This document shows, one piece after another, positions 27,836 through 40,800 of a stretch of 64,000 bases of DNA. The notes under the pieces are model-generated. The model ran no database searches. It saw only the letters and a list, made by a program, of their open reading frames with translations, and was not told the origin of the DNA. The stretch spans positions 2,294,001 to 2,358,000 of the forward strand of contig NW_027117338.1 of the NCBI RefSeq assembly GCF_038025025.1, given 5' to 3'. The stretch is from Phyllosticta citribraziliensis. Taxonomy: Eukaryota. How positions within the stretch are numbered: the stretch's first letter is position 1; every line of letters begins with the position of its first letter. Both the position numbers and the translations under genes were made by a program.

Positions 27836-29392
27836 AGCTGAGAACGAATATCCAAGCGAAAAGAGTGAGCGGGGCAAACGACGAGTAAAGACGGTGGTTG
27901 TGAGAAGGTGAAGGTTGTGAGGGAGATCGGTGGCAGGTGGTGCGTGATGGATGGCGCGAGCGAAGGCTTCTATCAACACCTCACCTCAACGCAACTTCCT
28001 CCAACCCACACGTCAAATTTCTGTCATCCACGTCAAAAGACAGGCTGATTGGAAACCTACAGCAGGGCGGGTGCCGATGCTCAACGCGAGGATACACTCT
28101 CACCTCTGTGACGAAGAAGAGCCGCATCGTAAGTACATGTGGACGGTGAGCTCACCAAGTAGGCCGCATTCCTGCTGAACTGAGGGTCCACTTGGAGACA
28201 ACGCCATTTGCTTTTCGCCCATCAATTCACCGCTGACCTTGCTGGAGCCAAACGTATGGCGGCTACAGCACTCTCGTCATGGAAGGATAAGAAAAGACTC
28301 TCGCGATCCTGAAAGCTGTGATACGGCCTTGCGACACTTTTTCGACGGACACAAATGCAACGCGTCAATTGAAACCACCAGAGTTAGCACGTCGGCCTTC
28401 AGGGTCATGCAGCGTGAAGTGCGTAGAACATGGCGAGGGAGGCTTTTCGACAGGTTGGTGGTTCCATTGCAAGCAAGAGCGGCGGTCAGGAGCGCAGAGC
28501 CCATGCCGGAGCCATCAGTCCCAGTCGGTATGAGCAGGTAAGAAATCCCTTTTCGACGCGAAGGCAACTTGGCACAATGGCTTGAATCGACCGTCAAGTT
28601 GGTTTCGTTGTCGTGGAAATGGAAAGAAACCGGAAGGCGAGGTTGGCCTCACGTGACGGGACTGTCCCGTCGCCGGATAATTTCGGCCCGAGAAGCTGCC
28701 AACCAAACCTTACGATGAGGTGGGGGATCCCTGCCTTCATTTTCGTCCCCTTCTTCCACTTCGTCATTCTCAGCTGGCCTGTCTTCGCTTTGGATGGCCG
28801 TTGAAGCGTCATGTCTTCACAGCATCTGAGATTGGATGCTCTCTGCCTGCCTTTGGTGATGCTATCCACAAATGCCGTCTTCCTTTCGCAACCGCTAGTG
28901 TCTCGAATCTCCGATAATCGCAAGATCAAGAAGACGAGCGTTCCAACTCCAACATTTCACCATGCCAACCGTCTATGAATGAAAAGTCCAATTTGTCCCT
29001 TCAAGAGCAGTGCAGCAAACGACACCGACGCCCGCGACCAAGGCTTGAAAGTGTTCCTGCTGCCATGCCAAGGACGGAGCGCATTGCTGCCGGGACTGTC
29101 TACCAATGCCGGTCGGCTCCGAAACTTTGTGGGGTGCCGAATTTTGCGGGGTGGCCCAAAAGAGCTCGCCGGCAGACGTTCCCGCAAGCCAGATCTACCG
29201 GCAGAGAAACTGCCCGATCTCGCTCTCATTGGTAGCCCAGCTGCCTCAAGTTTGACCAGCTTTCAGACGCGTCCTCCTGACGATCTTTGGCCACTGTCAT
29301 TGTCTGCATCGACTTCGCCCGCTCGTGCCCGAGTAGAACGTTGTTCGGAAGCTTCTTGATCAGTTATCAAACAGCCACAGCCCCCCAGCCGC

Positions 29393-29400
29393 TATATAAA
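29393..29400 (+). promoter_or_regulatory. Probable TATA box of the ALDH gene
   Basis: TATATAAA about 85 nt upstream of the ATG at 29482. Confidence 0.5.
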
Positions 29401-29481
29401 GTAGTCCCGACTTGCTACGCCCCTTATCTTGATAGCTTTCCTTCGCTCGTCTTCCTGCAGAGCTATCAGACTTTCGCGACC

Positions 29482-31099
29482 ATGGCCAGCAACAGCGACA
29501 TCAGAAACAAGCCGGAGACGCGTCTTTTCATCAACGGCAAGGTAGTGACCCGGAAGACTTTCCAGGACGTCACTAACATCCTGTCAGTTTGTCGAGTCGT
29601 CAGACAAACAGACCTTCCGACTCGTTTCTCCTTCAACACGGGAGCTGATTGCCGAAGGTAAGATGCGCCAAGCCTTGAAAAGCGTTCATCGTTGAATTTC
29701 CTTGCAGTTTCCGAAGCAAGTGCTCAGGATGTCAATACTGCCGTAGCAGCTGCAAAAGCTGCTCAACCCGCTTGGGCTGCACTTTCTCCGCCTGAACGAG
29801 GAGCTTGCTTGCGAAAATTCGGAGATCTCATGCGCGAGAACATGAAAGAGTTGGCCACTCTCGAGGCCATCAGCATGGGGCGCCCGGTCAGAGACTACAT
29901 CGATGTCTACGTCGGAGCTAGGCTGTGGGACTGGTTTTCAGAGGCTGGCTGGGCTATACAAGGATCAACAAGTCTCAATAATCCTGGGATGGTGGGCATG
30001 ACCCTACTACAACCATATGGCGTTGCTGCTGGTATCATCCCCTGGAATGCTCCCATGATTTTCTTCTCGTCCAAGGCAGCTCCTGCTCTGGCATGTGGAA
30101 ACTCGATCATCATCAAGAGCAGTGAAAAGGCGCCTCTGACAGTAAGACGCTTTCCGTTTAATGCCTGCTACTACCTTACTGACAAATCCCCAGTCCGCAT
30201 TCCTGGCGACACTTATCGAGAAGTCAGGATTTCCTCCTGGTGTCTTCAACATTCTCTCTGGACATGGTACCGTCTCTGGTGCCACCTTGGCCTCTCACAT
30301 GGACGTTCGAACGCTTTCTTTCACAGGATCAACTGCAACTGGACGTGCAATCTCCATCGCCGCGGCCAAGTCCAACCTCAAGAACTTGCACCTCGAGCTT
30401 GGTGGTAAATCCCCTGCGGTAGTATTCGAAGACGCAGACCTGGAGGCAGCTGCTGCCACAACTCAGTTCGGAATTGGTTGGAACGCCGGTCAGATTTGTA
30501 TGGGCAATTCTCGCATCTACGTTCAAGACACCGTCGCGGAAAAGTTTGTCAACCTCTTCAAAGAAAAATGGGGCAGTGTCAGAATGGGCAATCCTCTCGA
30601 TCCAGAGGTTGGGCTGGGTCCTGTCGCAGACTCACTGCAGTACGAGAAAGTCAACAAGTACATTGAAATCGGCAAGTCATCAGGGGCCAAAGTGGTTCTT
30701 GGTGGCGACAAGCCCACACAAAGCAATCAGCTGGGCGACGGCTACTACGTGCCAGCGACGATTTTTGGAGAAATTCCGGAGGATTCCAAGACAATGAAAG
30801 AGGAGGTGTTTGGGCCTGTTGTTTGTATAAACACATTCAAAACAGAGGAGGAGGTCATCGAGAAGGCAAACGACACAGAGTACGGCCTCTACGCCGCCGT
30901 TTTTACGACAAACCACGCCAGAGCCCTCCGAGTCGCCAAGGCTATTCAAGCTGGGACTGTCGGAATCAACTGTTCGGCCCCGACCAACTTGCCTGACCTG
31001 CCATTTGGTGGCTTCAAGTCATCAGGCGTTGGCAGGGAAGGCATGATACACAGCATGAGGAACTACTTGGAAGAGAAGTCGGTCATGACCAAGCTTTGA
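29482..31099 (+). CDS. Aldehyde dehydrogenase (NAD+), multi-exon
   Basis: RLFINGK, IIPWNAP, KSSEKAPLT, SFTGS, catalytic Glu LELGGKSP, catalytic Cys NAGQICMG, EEVFGPV, PFGGFKSSGVGRE. Confidence 0.93.
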
Positions 31100-31896
31100 G
31101 CGGACGCTGTCAAATGATGTTTTGCTTCTGTTTTAAATCCGCTCGATTTGGTAAGCGTGCTGAATACATGTACTTAGAGAACACTTCTGTTTGTAGATTG
31201 AATCGGATGCCTCGCAGTTTCTCATGAAGACCCTTGCGAACGCAACCGGCGCAACAATTCTCACCCAGTCGCTTTATCAATCACGCTTAGAGTCGGACTG
31301 TCGGATCCCCAAGTTAAACAGCGTCACGCTTGGCCCCAGCGAGATCGTCATTTACGGGACCTACAGGTTTCAATCAACCCCGCTGCGATTGGCGGAAGAG
31401 AAGATAAAGTGTGCGGGAGGATCCTCCTTGGCGTGTCTACCGGAAATCCTTCGACCCGGGGACCGATGCGAAAGCGAGATCTCAGAGAACTGAATCCAAA
31501 CTTGGCACTAAGACAAAGGCTTGCACGTGGAAACACGAGCTCATGGAAGATGCAGACCGATATCCGCGTGGCCTTGACAGGGTAGGGGCGGAGACAGTTT
31601 GACTGTGCCGTTGTTCCCCTGCATGGACGCAAGACGGAACCGCATCCGGCAGCGCTAACTGGCGCCCAGTGACGGAGGCACTAATTATCAAAGCATGCAG
31701 AGCAGTGGACCGCTGAGTTGCCCCAAGTGGATCCGCACAGACCATGCGACTGCATGAGTACTTCGCTTCAGTAGGCATCAAGTCCACCTCACACAAGACC
31801 CGCAGAAGTGGGGTCTGACGACTAGTCTGCGACCAATTCTTAAGGGCGTGTTTCTCAGCAGTCTCACGACAGTCTGCTGTTGCATCCTCGCCCAAC

Positions 31897-33697
31897 ATGA
31901 CCAGCCAGCCTTTACTTGCGTCCGGAGCCGCGGCGCTCGCAGGAGTGTTTACTTGGGCGTCATACTTCCACAAGGGAGAGCATCATCTCTATCCGTTGAG
32001 ATATGCTCGAATTTTCATCGCTTCGTTTCTACTGGGAACATTTGTCCTGGCAAAATTTGACCAAGTCAGCTACAGCAATGCCGCAACATACATGGCCACC
32101 ATTGCCGCAAGCTTTCTGGCCGGGATATTCACATCTCTCATTACATGGCGATTATTTTTCTCTCCATTGAACAGGTTTCCTGGTCCCTTCATGGCAAGGC
32201 TCTCGTCGTTCTGGATGGCGTTTCACGTTGGTAAGTCTGAGGCTTACAAGTTGGTCACCAAGCTCCACCAGGAACACGGCGACTTTGTAAGAGTCGGCTC
32301 CAACGACGTTTCCATTCTCAACCCCGACGCTGTCCCTTTGATCTACGGCTTCGGCACCAAGTGTGGCAAGGCAACATGGTATGACAACGATTACCCGCTC
32401 GCCTCGATGCACTCATCTCGCAACCGCCAATATCATGATGCGCGCCGGCGCCTCTGGAGCATTTCGTTCAGTGACAAGGCACTTCGTGGATATGAGCCTC
32501 GAGTGCAGAGGTACACATCCAGTCTGGTCCGACAGCTGTCTGCCTTTTCGGGACGGCCTGTGGACGCCACGAAATGGTTCGCCTTCTTCGCTTACGACGT
32601 CATGGGAGAGCTGGCCTTTGGAAAATCTTTTGGCACCCTCGAAAAGGGTCAGGAGCACTTTGCTATTACGCTGTTGGGCGAAGGCCTGCAGGGTTTGGCC
32701 TTTCTATGTGCGCATCCCGTCCTTTCATGTCGACCTATGGTCTTGCTAATGGTCGAACAGTGCCAACCTGGTTTTTCAGATGCTTGACAAACACCCCATT
32801 GGCAGCGTCGTACTGGCGCTTCATTCAATATTGTACCGCTCAGCTTGAGGAGCGTGTGAAGAACCAACCAGAAGTCCCTGACATTATGAGTCCTCTAATC
32901 GATCAGTTCTCTGGCAAGGAAATATCTGACGTGGAGAACGCTCGCCTCCAAGGCGACTCGCGGCTGATAATTGTTGCGGGAAGGTATGCAATCCTCCCAG
33001 AGCTCTTGTGCTCGCTTCAAAATCTCTGTCCCCGAAATCTCACAAATCGACGCTAGTGACACCACATCCGCAACCCTCACCCACGCCATGTACCACCTCG
33101 CCCTTGAGCCCCATCACATGGACAAGCTCCGCGAGGAAATCACTCCCAAAGTCCAACCCGACGGCTCAATCAATCACCGCGACATCCAAGACCTCCCGCA
33201 CCTGAATGGCGTCATCAACGAGGCGTTGCGGCTTCATCCAGCAGTGCCCACCGCGCTGCAGCGAGTTACGCCACCCGAAGGCATCGAGATTAACGGCACG
33301 TACATTCCCGGCGAGACAACCGTGTGGTGCCCTCAATGGGCACTCGGGCGCAGCGAGAAGGTGTATGCCGAGCCGAATCGATTCCTGCCCGAGCGATGGT
33401 ATGCGAAGAAGGAGATGGTCAAGAAGGAAAAGGCATTCTTCCCTTTTAGCACTGGTAAGTTTATCCCTTCGTTCCCTGAAATGTGTTCTCACAAATACAG
33501 GTGTGTATGGATGCATAGGCAAACCTTTAGCGCTCATGGAGCTCCGTCTCGTCATCGCAAAGCTCCTTATGGCCTTTGATATAACGTTCGCGCCGGGCGA
33601 GACTGGCGATGACTTGTTGAACAGGACGCGTGATCACTTTACGATTGAGTGTGGAGAGCTTCATTTGGTGTTCAAGGAGAGAACTGCCGCTTCATGA
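31897..33697 (+). CDS. Cytochrome P450 monooxygenase (4 exons)
   Basis: N-terminal TM, FPGP hinge, I-helix AGSDTT (spliced), EALR, PERW, heme motif FPFSTGVYGCIG. Introns 32708-32760, ~32983-33056, 33454-33500. Confidence 0.92.
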
Positions 33698-34437
33698 GAA
33701 AGCTTTTGATGAATTGAACGACCCAAGAGGAGTTTTGGCTCAGACTCGAAATGTCAGCGTAGCGCGTTGTGGTGGAATTAGCTTGAAAGAGTCTGGTAAA
33801 GCTACTGCTCTGCTCAATTCAAACGATACCTTGATCGCCTCCTTCAATCTTGAAGCTGTTCTATCGTGGTAATCAGGTAATTCGCACAGCGGTAGTCAGT
33901 CAGTGTCCTCTGCATCTACAAATTCTCGCATCCGCAACTAACAATAGTTCCCATTAGCTCCGTGAATCCATCATTCGCGAATTCTTTTCTTCGACCATCA
34001 GTTTTCTACCACATAGCTCGTCTTCAGGTGCACTGTCGACGCACCGTCAACAGAACTTACAACACCGAGCACCGTGTCCTCAGTGCACAGTGTAGAGACT
34101 CACGGGAATAAAACAAGTAAGGGTAAGCCTCCACAACGACCAGCGCCGGACCCCCCTGACCCCTGCATTTCCCCGCAAAAAGCCCTCCAACCCCACATTC
34201 TCCTCCACATCTCCATTCGCCAATCTGCACCACCTGGCCGTCCCACACGCCCGGCACTTGTCTCCACGCCAGCTTGCCGATGTCAGACAACTGACAAAAC
34301 CCCAGATCCCTGATGGCCGCCGAATGAACACCATTCCAAGCATCGCCGCGTCCTTTCCCACGGGGTTCGCGGAGCACCGTTATTCGGACCGGTCTACCCA
34401 CACAAAAATCGCCGAGCGGAAAACGATTCAATCGGGC

Positions 34438-36543
34438 ATGGCTACGGCGCTCTCGGACGCGCTCGGGGAGCTAGGGCTGGTGTTGCGGCAGCACCCGTTT
34501 GCGACGCTGGCGGGCCTGGCGCTCGTGCTACTGGCGGCGGACTATGGACGGATGCTGTGGCTGCGGGCGAAAATGGTAGAGTCCGTTTTACTTTGCTTTC
34601 GCACTTCCTGTCTTTTCGCTCTGCTCCGTGAGAGAGAAAAAGGAAGAGGAGAATGCTGTGACGACAGTGAGGAAGAAATCCTGTTCTTGCAATTGCTCTC
34701 TCAAAATACATCACTTACTTACATCTGCTGCTAGCCCCCGGGCCCGCTGCCATGGCCCATCGTTGGGAATACTTTCTCGCTGCCAGACAATAAACCATGG
34801 ATCTTCTTTGAGAAGCTGGCCAAACAGTACCAAGCGCCAATGGTAACCTTTTGGATAGGAAGGTAGGCCACAACGGCAACGTCTCCGTTGGGAGCTTGCG
34901 ACAACTTCCCCCGACGCAAGACAAACAAACAGCTCACTGCATCCCGCACGCACATAGGAACCCAACAATCTGGATCTGCAACGCGCAAGCGGCGTCCGAC
35001 CTGCTCGACAAGCGCGCGGGAACCTACTCGTCGCGGCCGCGCATGGTCGTCTTCGCCGAGTGCGGCCCGGGCCAGGCGAACCTGGTCAACATGTACACGT
35101 TCACGGCGGCGCAGCGCGAGCGGTGGCGCATCCACCGCAAGGTGACGCACGCGGGCGTCGGCGTCCAGCAGGTGCGCCGCTACCGCTCGTTCCAGGACAA
35201 CGAGAACCGCGTCGTTGCGCGAGACCTGCTGGCCGCGCCGCACAAGTTTGCCGAGCACTTTGAGCGCTACGCCACGAGCGTCGTGTCCATTGTGGCGTTT
35301 GGCAGGCGCGTCGCCCGCGACGACGATCCGATCATTACGGAGGTTATTGCGGCCATGCAGTTGGCGGCGATTTTGAATGTGCCGGGTTTGTGTCCTTCCT
35401 TGGTTGTGGAGATGGAGGAAAAGCTCGGGAGAGGACGTTTGCTGACAAGAGACCAGACAAAACCTTTCCAATGCTCATGGAAACATTCCCCAGTGAGTCC
35501 ACTCCTCCTCCCATCTTGACCTGAATCACAATTCTGACAAGGCCGCGCCAGTCCTCGCCAAGTTCCCACCCGAAATCGCCCCCTGGAAGCGCGGCCTCGG
35601 CGCCCGTCGCAAAGGCGGGAACCACACCTTCTTCTACAGCCTGGCCAAGGAAGCCCTCGAGACGCCCGGCCACGACGAGTGCTACGCGAAGCAGCTCTTC
35701 GCCGCCGCGCCCAAGCACGGCCTGTCGCCCGAGGAAATCTCGTCGCTGGCCGGCAACCTGTTCGGCGCCGGCTCCGACACGTCGTCGTCGACGCTCATCA
35801 CGTTCGTGCTGGCGTGCTGCGCGTTCCCGGACGTCCTGCCGCCGGCGTGGGAGGAGCTCGACCGCGTCGTGGGCTCGCACCGCAGCCCGTCGTTTGACGA
35901 CCAGGCCGACCTGCCGTACGTCAACGCGTTCGTCAAGGAGGTTTTCCGCTGGCGGAGCGTGGCAATCATAGGCGGCCAGCCGCACGCGCCCGTCCAGGAC
36001 GATGTGTACCGCGGCTGGTTGATCCCAAAGGGCACCTGGGTCCAGGGCAACGTGTGGGCCATCCACCGCGACCCCGAGTACTTCCCCGACCCGGACCGCT
36101 TCAATCCGGAGCGCTTCCTGAATGGCGGGCTGAAGACTGCAAAGCCCTTCCCCGCTGAGCGCGGCTACATGACGTTTGGCTGGGGCCGTCGCGTGTGTTC
36201 GGGCCAGGCGTTGGCTGAGCAGGGCACCTTTCTGAGCATCGCGAGACTCCTGTGGGGATTCAGGATCGAGAAGGCGAGAGATGCGAGTGGTCGCGAGATT
36301 CCGGTCGACATTTTTGCGTATACGTAGGTTCTGACTTGCCCTGTATGGCGTTTGACGCGAGACTGACCGCACAGCAGAGACGGCTTAAACATGAGACCGC
36401 AGCCGTTCAAGTGCAGCATCACGCCCAGGAGTGAGGAGATTCGCCAAACGATTGAGAGAGAAGGGAAGCAGGCTTTGGAGGACTTGGCCGAGTACGAAGG
36501 ATCAACAAGCTATACGCTGTCACTGTTTGCTTCCAAAAGCTAG
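34438..36543 (+). CDS. Cytochrome P450 monooxygenase (CYP64-clan-like), multi-exon
   Basis: TM anchor, PPGPLPWPIVGN, YSSRPR, AGSDTSS, KEVFR, FNPERF, heme motif FGWGRRVCSG. Confidence 0.92.
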
Positions 36544-36980
36544 GGGTTGCCGCTCATTCTCGGATTAGAATCTGAACCGGTCATGAAGAAACATTTGCGA
36601 CGAGTCTGCAGTATCTGTCAGTCCAGACATTCCGGGTTGGGGTGAGATGATACTTGCAAGCTTTTGTCAACCACCACCAGCACTATGCGTCTTTGGAACA
36701 GAGTGAAGAAAGAATGCATGGTATTGGTATCAAAAATGGACGAATCTCCGATCGTCTTGATGATATCCCAAAGTCTCCCAAAACGCCGCCAATGTCCCTC
36801 GATGGAAACGACTGCAATGCGAATCAACAATAAGAGAGCGCCATCCAGGCATGCTCCGAGGTCCAACGCCGTCCTAATGCCCGGACATTTGACCGCCGTG
36901 AAAACGCCAGTACATACCATTTCCACAAAGACAGCCGTACCCACATGCTCTCAACGAAAGACAGGTCTTCCAACACGCGC

Positions 36981-37828
36981 CTAATGCAAATGGTCTTCGT
37001 CTCTCTGCTCCTCCTCATCATCGCTGTCGCTCACTTCTTCCCAGCCCGCCAGTCTCCTCAAGAGCTTGTTTTCAGCCTTGAGTTCCTTGATTTTTCGTTC
37101 GTGCGGCAGGCTTGCCTCGGAGCTTTCTTTCAACGCAGCCCGAGCGAATTGAGCAGCGCGCCCCAAACCTGCCTGCCATTCCTGATGCTCCAACCTGAGC
37201 TCCAGATTTTGCTGCCGTTCCTTCTCCAACAGAGTATTATAATGAGAGTGCAAAGCGAGGATGGCTTGCTCGTGTCGAAAGGTGAATGGTCGCAATTTTT
37301 CGAGAATCGCGGTGACGGAGGATTCGTAGTCTGATACGAGGCCTTGCAATGCGGAATTTTGCGATTCGAGAGAGGAGATTTTGCTTTGCGCGGCCTGAAG
37401 TTGGGTGCGAAGGGAGTTTATTTCTGCGAGTTGGGCGCGGTTGTTGGCAGCAGAAATATCGCCGTTCACTTGGGCGACGGTGGGTGGGGATCCATCTTGG
37501 GCGGCGCGAGCCTGTCCGAGGAATCGTTAGAATCTTGGACAGAGGATTGTTCAGGTTCAGCACATGCCTGTATTTGCTGCACGCTGTTCATGATATTGGC
37601 CGTCTGACTTCTATTCTCGGCGAGCACGTCGGACAGCTGCTGGACAACCTGCCACAAGTGGTTCATGTCGGTTTGGTGTCCTCCGCTCAGAAGACCGTTG
37701 ACGAGATTGGGCATGCCGCCGGAGCCGTTTGGTTGGTGGCCCGGGCCCGGCGATGGAGATTGTCGAGGAAGCGAGTTTGCCATGACGTTGTTGTTCGGGG
37801 AGTCGATATAGTGCGGAGGCTGATTCAT
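36981..37828 (-). CDS. Coiled-coil protein, probable SIKE/FGFR1OP2-like STRIPAK adaptor (SCI1/SipB-type); exons 37828-37568 and 37511-36981, ~263 aa
   Basis: Helical N-terminus DMNHLWQVVQQLSDVLAENR. QNSALQGLVSDYESSVTAILEKLR and IKELKAENKLLRRL resemble SIKE-family coiled coils (recalled similarity, not searched). A 56-nt GC-AG intron joins the two frames. Confidence 0.65.
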
Positions 37829-40800
37829 AATCCTTCGCACAGCGTTGGCGTTGACAAAGTCGACGTCGGGTGGATGTTGTGTTCCCGCGCGGGAGAGGAG
37901 GGGGGTCAAGCGACGAAGGACGAGGTCGTCATCGGACGACAGGAAGAAGTCTCTCTGGTGGGAAGCAAAAGGTAGAGCCCGGCTGGGAAGGGTCGTGGAG
38001 CGCTCGCTCCTGCTGTGGGATGCGGAGGAGGAAGAGGTTGTTGTTGGTCGTCTTGGACGTCGGAGGCGCGAACGACGTGGGCTGGCACCGCGGCCTGGGG
38101 GGTCCGAGCGCTGGTCCGCGGCCCGCTGTGGTCGCTCCTGGGCCCGTGCGTCCCGTTCGGCTTCAGAGGGCGATGTGCCTTTTTTGCCGCTCTCCTCCGC
38201 TTCGGATGACGACGCTCCCTCGGCCTCTGCAGATGGTCCAGAGTCGCGCTTGGCCGGTGGCTGTCCTGATTCTGCTGATCCGACCTCTTGCGCCGACTCG
38301 CTCACTTCGGGCTGCGTCTGCTCTTCCTTTGACACATCCTCAATGTGCTCCACATTGGAAGAACTCGGCTCTCCCACATCTTCAACGTACTGCACATCAG
38401 GCGAGTCGGAACGTGGAAAGTCTGGTCGGGGGTCCAAAATACTTCCCGTAAGTCCAACTCGGAAGGCCGTCTGTACCGAAGTATCAGAGGCCGCATCGTC
38501 GTCTCCGACTCGGAAAGCTGTCAGCACTGAACGATCAGAAGTTGCATCATCGGAGCTCCCTGCGTGCGCTTCACCGTCGCTTTCTCCCGTCCCATCTCCT
38601 TGGTCGGTCGACTTGGATGCACCCTCGGACTGACCCGACTTTTTCCTGAACGGATCGGAGAATAGTGCAGGCTTCCCCGCCGGCGTCTTGATTGGAGTCA
38701 TCCTGAGCTCCGGTGGCAGCGGTGGTAGGCCCGAGTCTGGGACACTGCTTCTAGGCGAGACGGTGTCGCCTTGAGATTTCTTTCTTTCCTTTTCCTCCCG
38801 TGCGGCGATACTTTTGGCGACCCATTCTATGATGCCGCGACTTTTCCTTCCCTCCGTTTTCCGCATTTCCCTTGCCGGTTCACCTCCCTTGCCGGTGGAT
38901 TTGACGCCGTCGCCCCCTTTGGCCATGGTCGCTTGTTCCTGATTGTGATCTCTTTCCGTGGCGGCCGTAAATCTCTCTGCCCTGCGTGTCCAGACTCTGT
39001 CCTTCAGCCTATGAATACTCCAGTCAAGCATCCAATCAGCTATTTTGGGACTCGGATCAGGATCATCCACGTCAACCTGGGGACTCTCCTTTTGGCCAGA
39101 TGACCTTGAAGCTACGGCGATGGACTGAGCTTGGTCTGGCGTCGCTGGATGGCTGGTTCCAGCTGTCAAATCCATAACAGGCCTCATCATATGGAGACTC
39201 AAATCAGGATTGTCCCGAAAGTTCTCTTGAATGGGCTTCGGCTTCGGCGGAATCGATCGGAACGTTCTCAACTTTTCGGCCAACCTCATCTTCGTCATCT
39301 TCTGGTACTCACTGCGCGTCCATGGATCTCTCATTTGACGCATCAGAAAGTCAACGACGCCCTCAGGGATGTCTCCGACCTCGCGAGCTGTCTTCTGAAT
39401 ATGAGCCCGCAGCTGCTTAAGTTTTGACTCCGAAGGAATGTCGGTAGACCAAAGACCGAGATGCCGTGGACTCCTTTCTTCCGCTGCATAGACAGGGGCG
39501 AAGCCGTCATCGGATTTCTCATCAAAACCAAAGTCGAACGGGGTAGTACTAGTACTACCAGCTGTCGAGGTGGCTTCGCTTGCAGTCACAGGTCCCTTGA
39601 CGATTGTCGTGCCTGGAAGAATTTGCTGATCAACAACGTGGCTTGACTCTGTTGATGTTGCGGTAGTTCCAACAGCTGGCTCTGCAGCGGTCGTCGACAA
39701 AGGATCTGCAGATGTAGATGAATCCTGAGAAGCATCGGCAGCGATGTCATCTTCGACCGTTGCTCGTCTCTTCCCGTCGCGCGCCTCGCGAAGGGCACGA
39801 CGGTGGGCCTCGTCCTCGAGAGTGGTGGGCAGCTCCTCATCTTCGTCATTCGCGCCATCCATTCCAAGACCCCAGTTATCTTGCTTCCAGTTGGAGGTAT
39901 CCGCGTCCTGTGTAACAGTGTCGCGTTCCATGCGCTCTTTTCGACGCGCCTCTTCTTGCTCAGGCGTCGTATAGAGCTCTTCAGGATCATCGTCGCCGTC
40001 TTGCGGCTTGCCTGTACCCCAGTAGTCCTTTCGCTGCAACAGCGCAGAGTCAGGATCTGGGATTGCGGTCTGGTCTGGAAAGGCAGGTCTCTCGTCTCCG
40101 GAGGCCGAACCATGGTCACTAGCCTCTGGTGTCGGGAAAGGTTCGTCGCTGTCTTCGCTAAAGGCATCGTCAAACGGATTGGCTGCAGACTCACGAGAAG
40201 GCCTAGATCCAGAGGGGAACGAGGGCAGCTTGGCGTCACCAGGATCAGAATTCGGACTGGACGATGCGCTGGTGTAGTCCTCATTGGAATCCTCTGACTG
40301 GCCTGTCGTTTGTCGCCACTTTCGATTGGCCTCGTCTGTCTGCGTCGTACCGCCAACGTTGAGCGCAGTCTTTGCGCGTCGAGCTCCAAAGAGGCGCTCG
40401 TTCAGCTCCGTATCGCTGCCCTCAACTTCTTCTTCACGAAGAAACGCGCTGGACTTTTGCATCATTCGAAGCGCAGAGTCGCGCGCCGCTTCGCGCTCGG
40501 CACGCTCATCTTCACTCTCGGGGCGATCAGGATCCTCTTCATCGCTTGAGTCAAGATAGCCGGCGAGCTCAGTCCGAGTGATTGCATCCAGCCAAAGTTC
40601 ATCCTCAGATTGAGCTCGGTCTGGTGTTTCGACTTCGTCGTCGGAGAGGAACCTGACAATTTCAGCCCGTCGAATTGCTGTGAAAAATAGCTCGTCCAGC
40701 ATCTCGCACTCTTTGTCGTCAAATTCGAGTCCCTCGGCACTGGAGCTGCCAATACCACTGACACTGTTACGCGGTGGAAGTGAGGGAGGTGAATGAAGTT

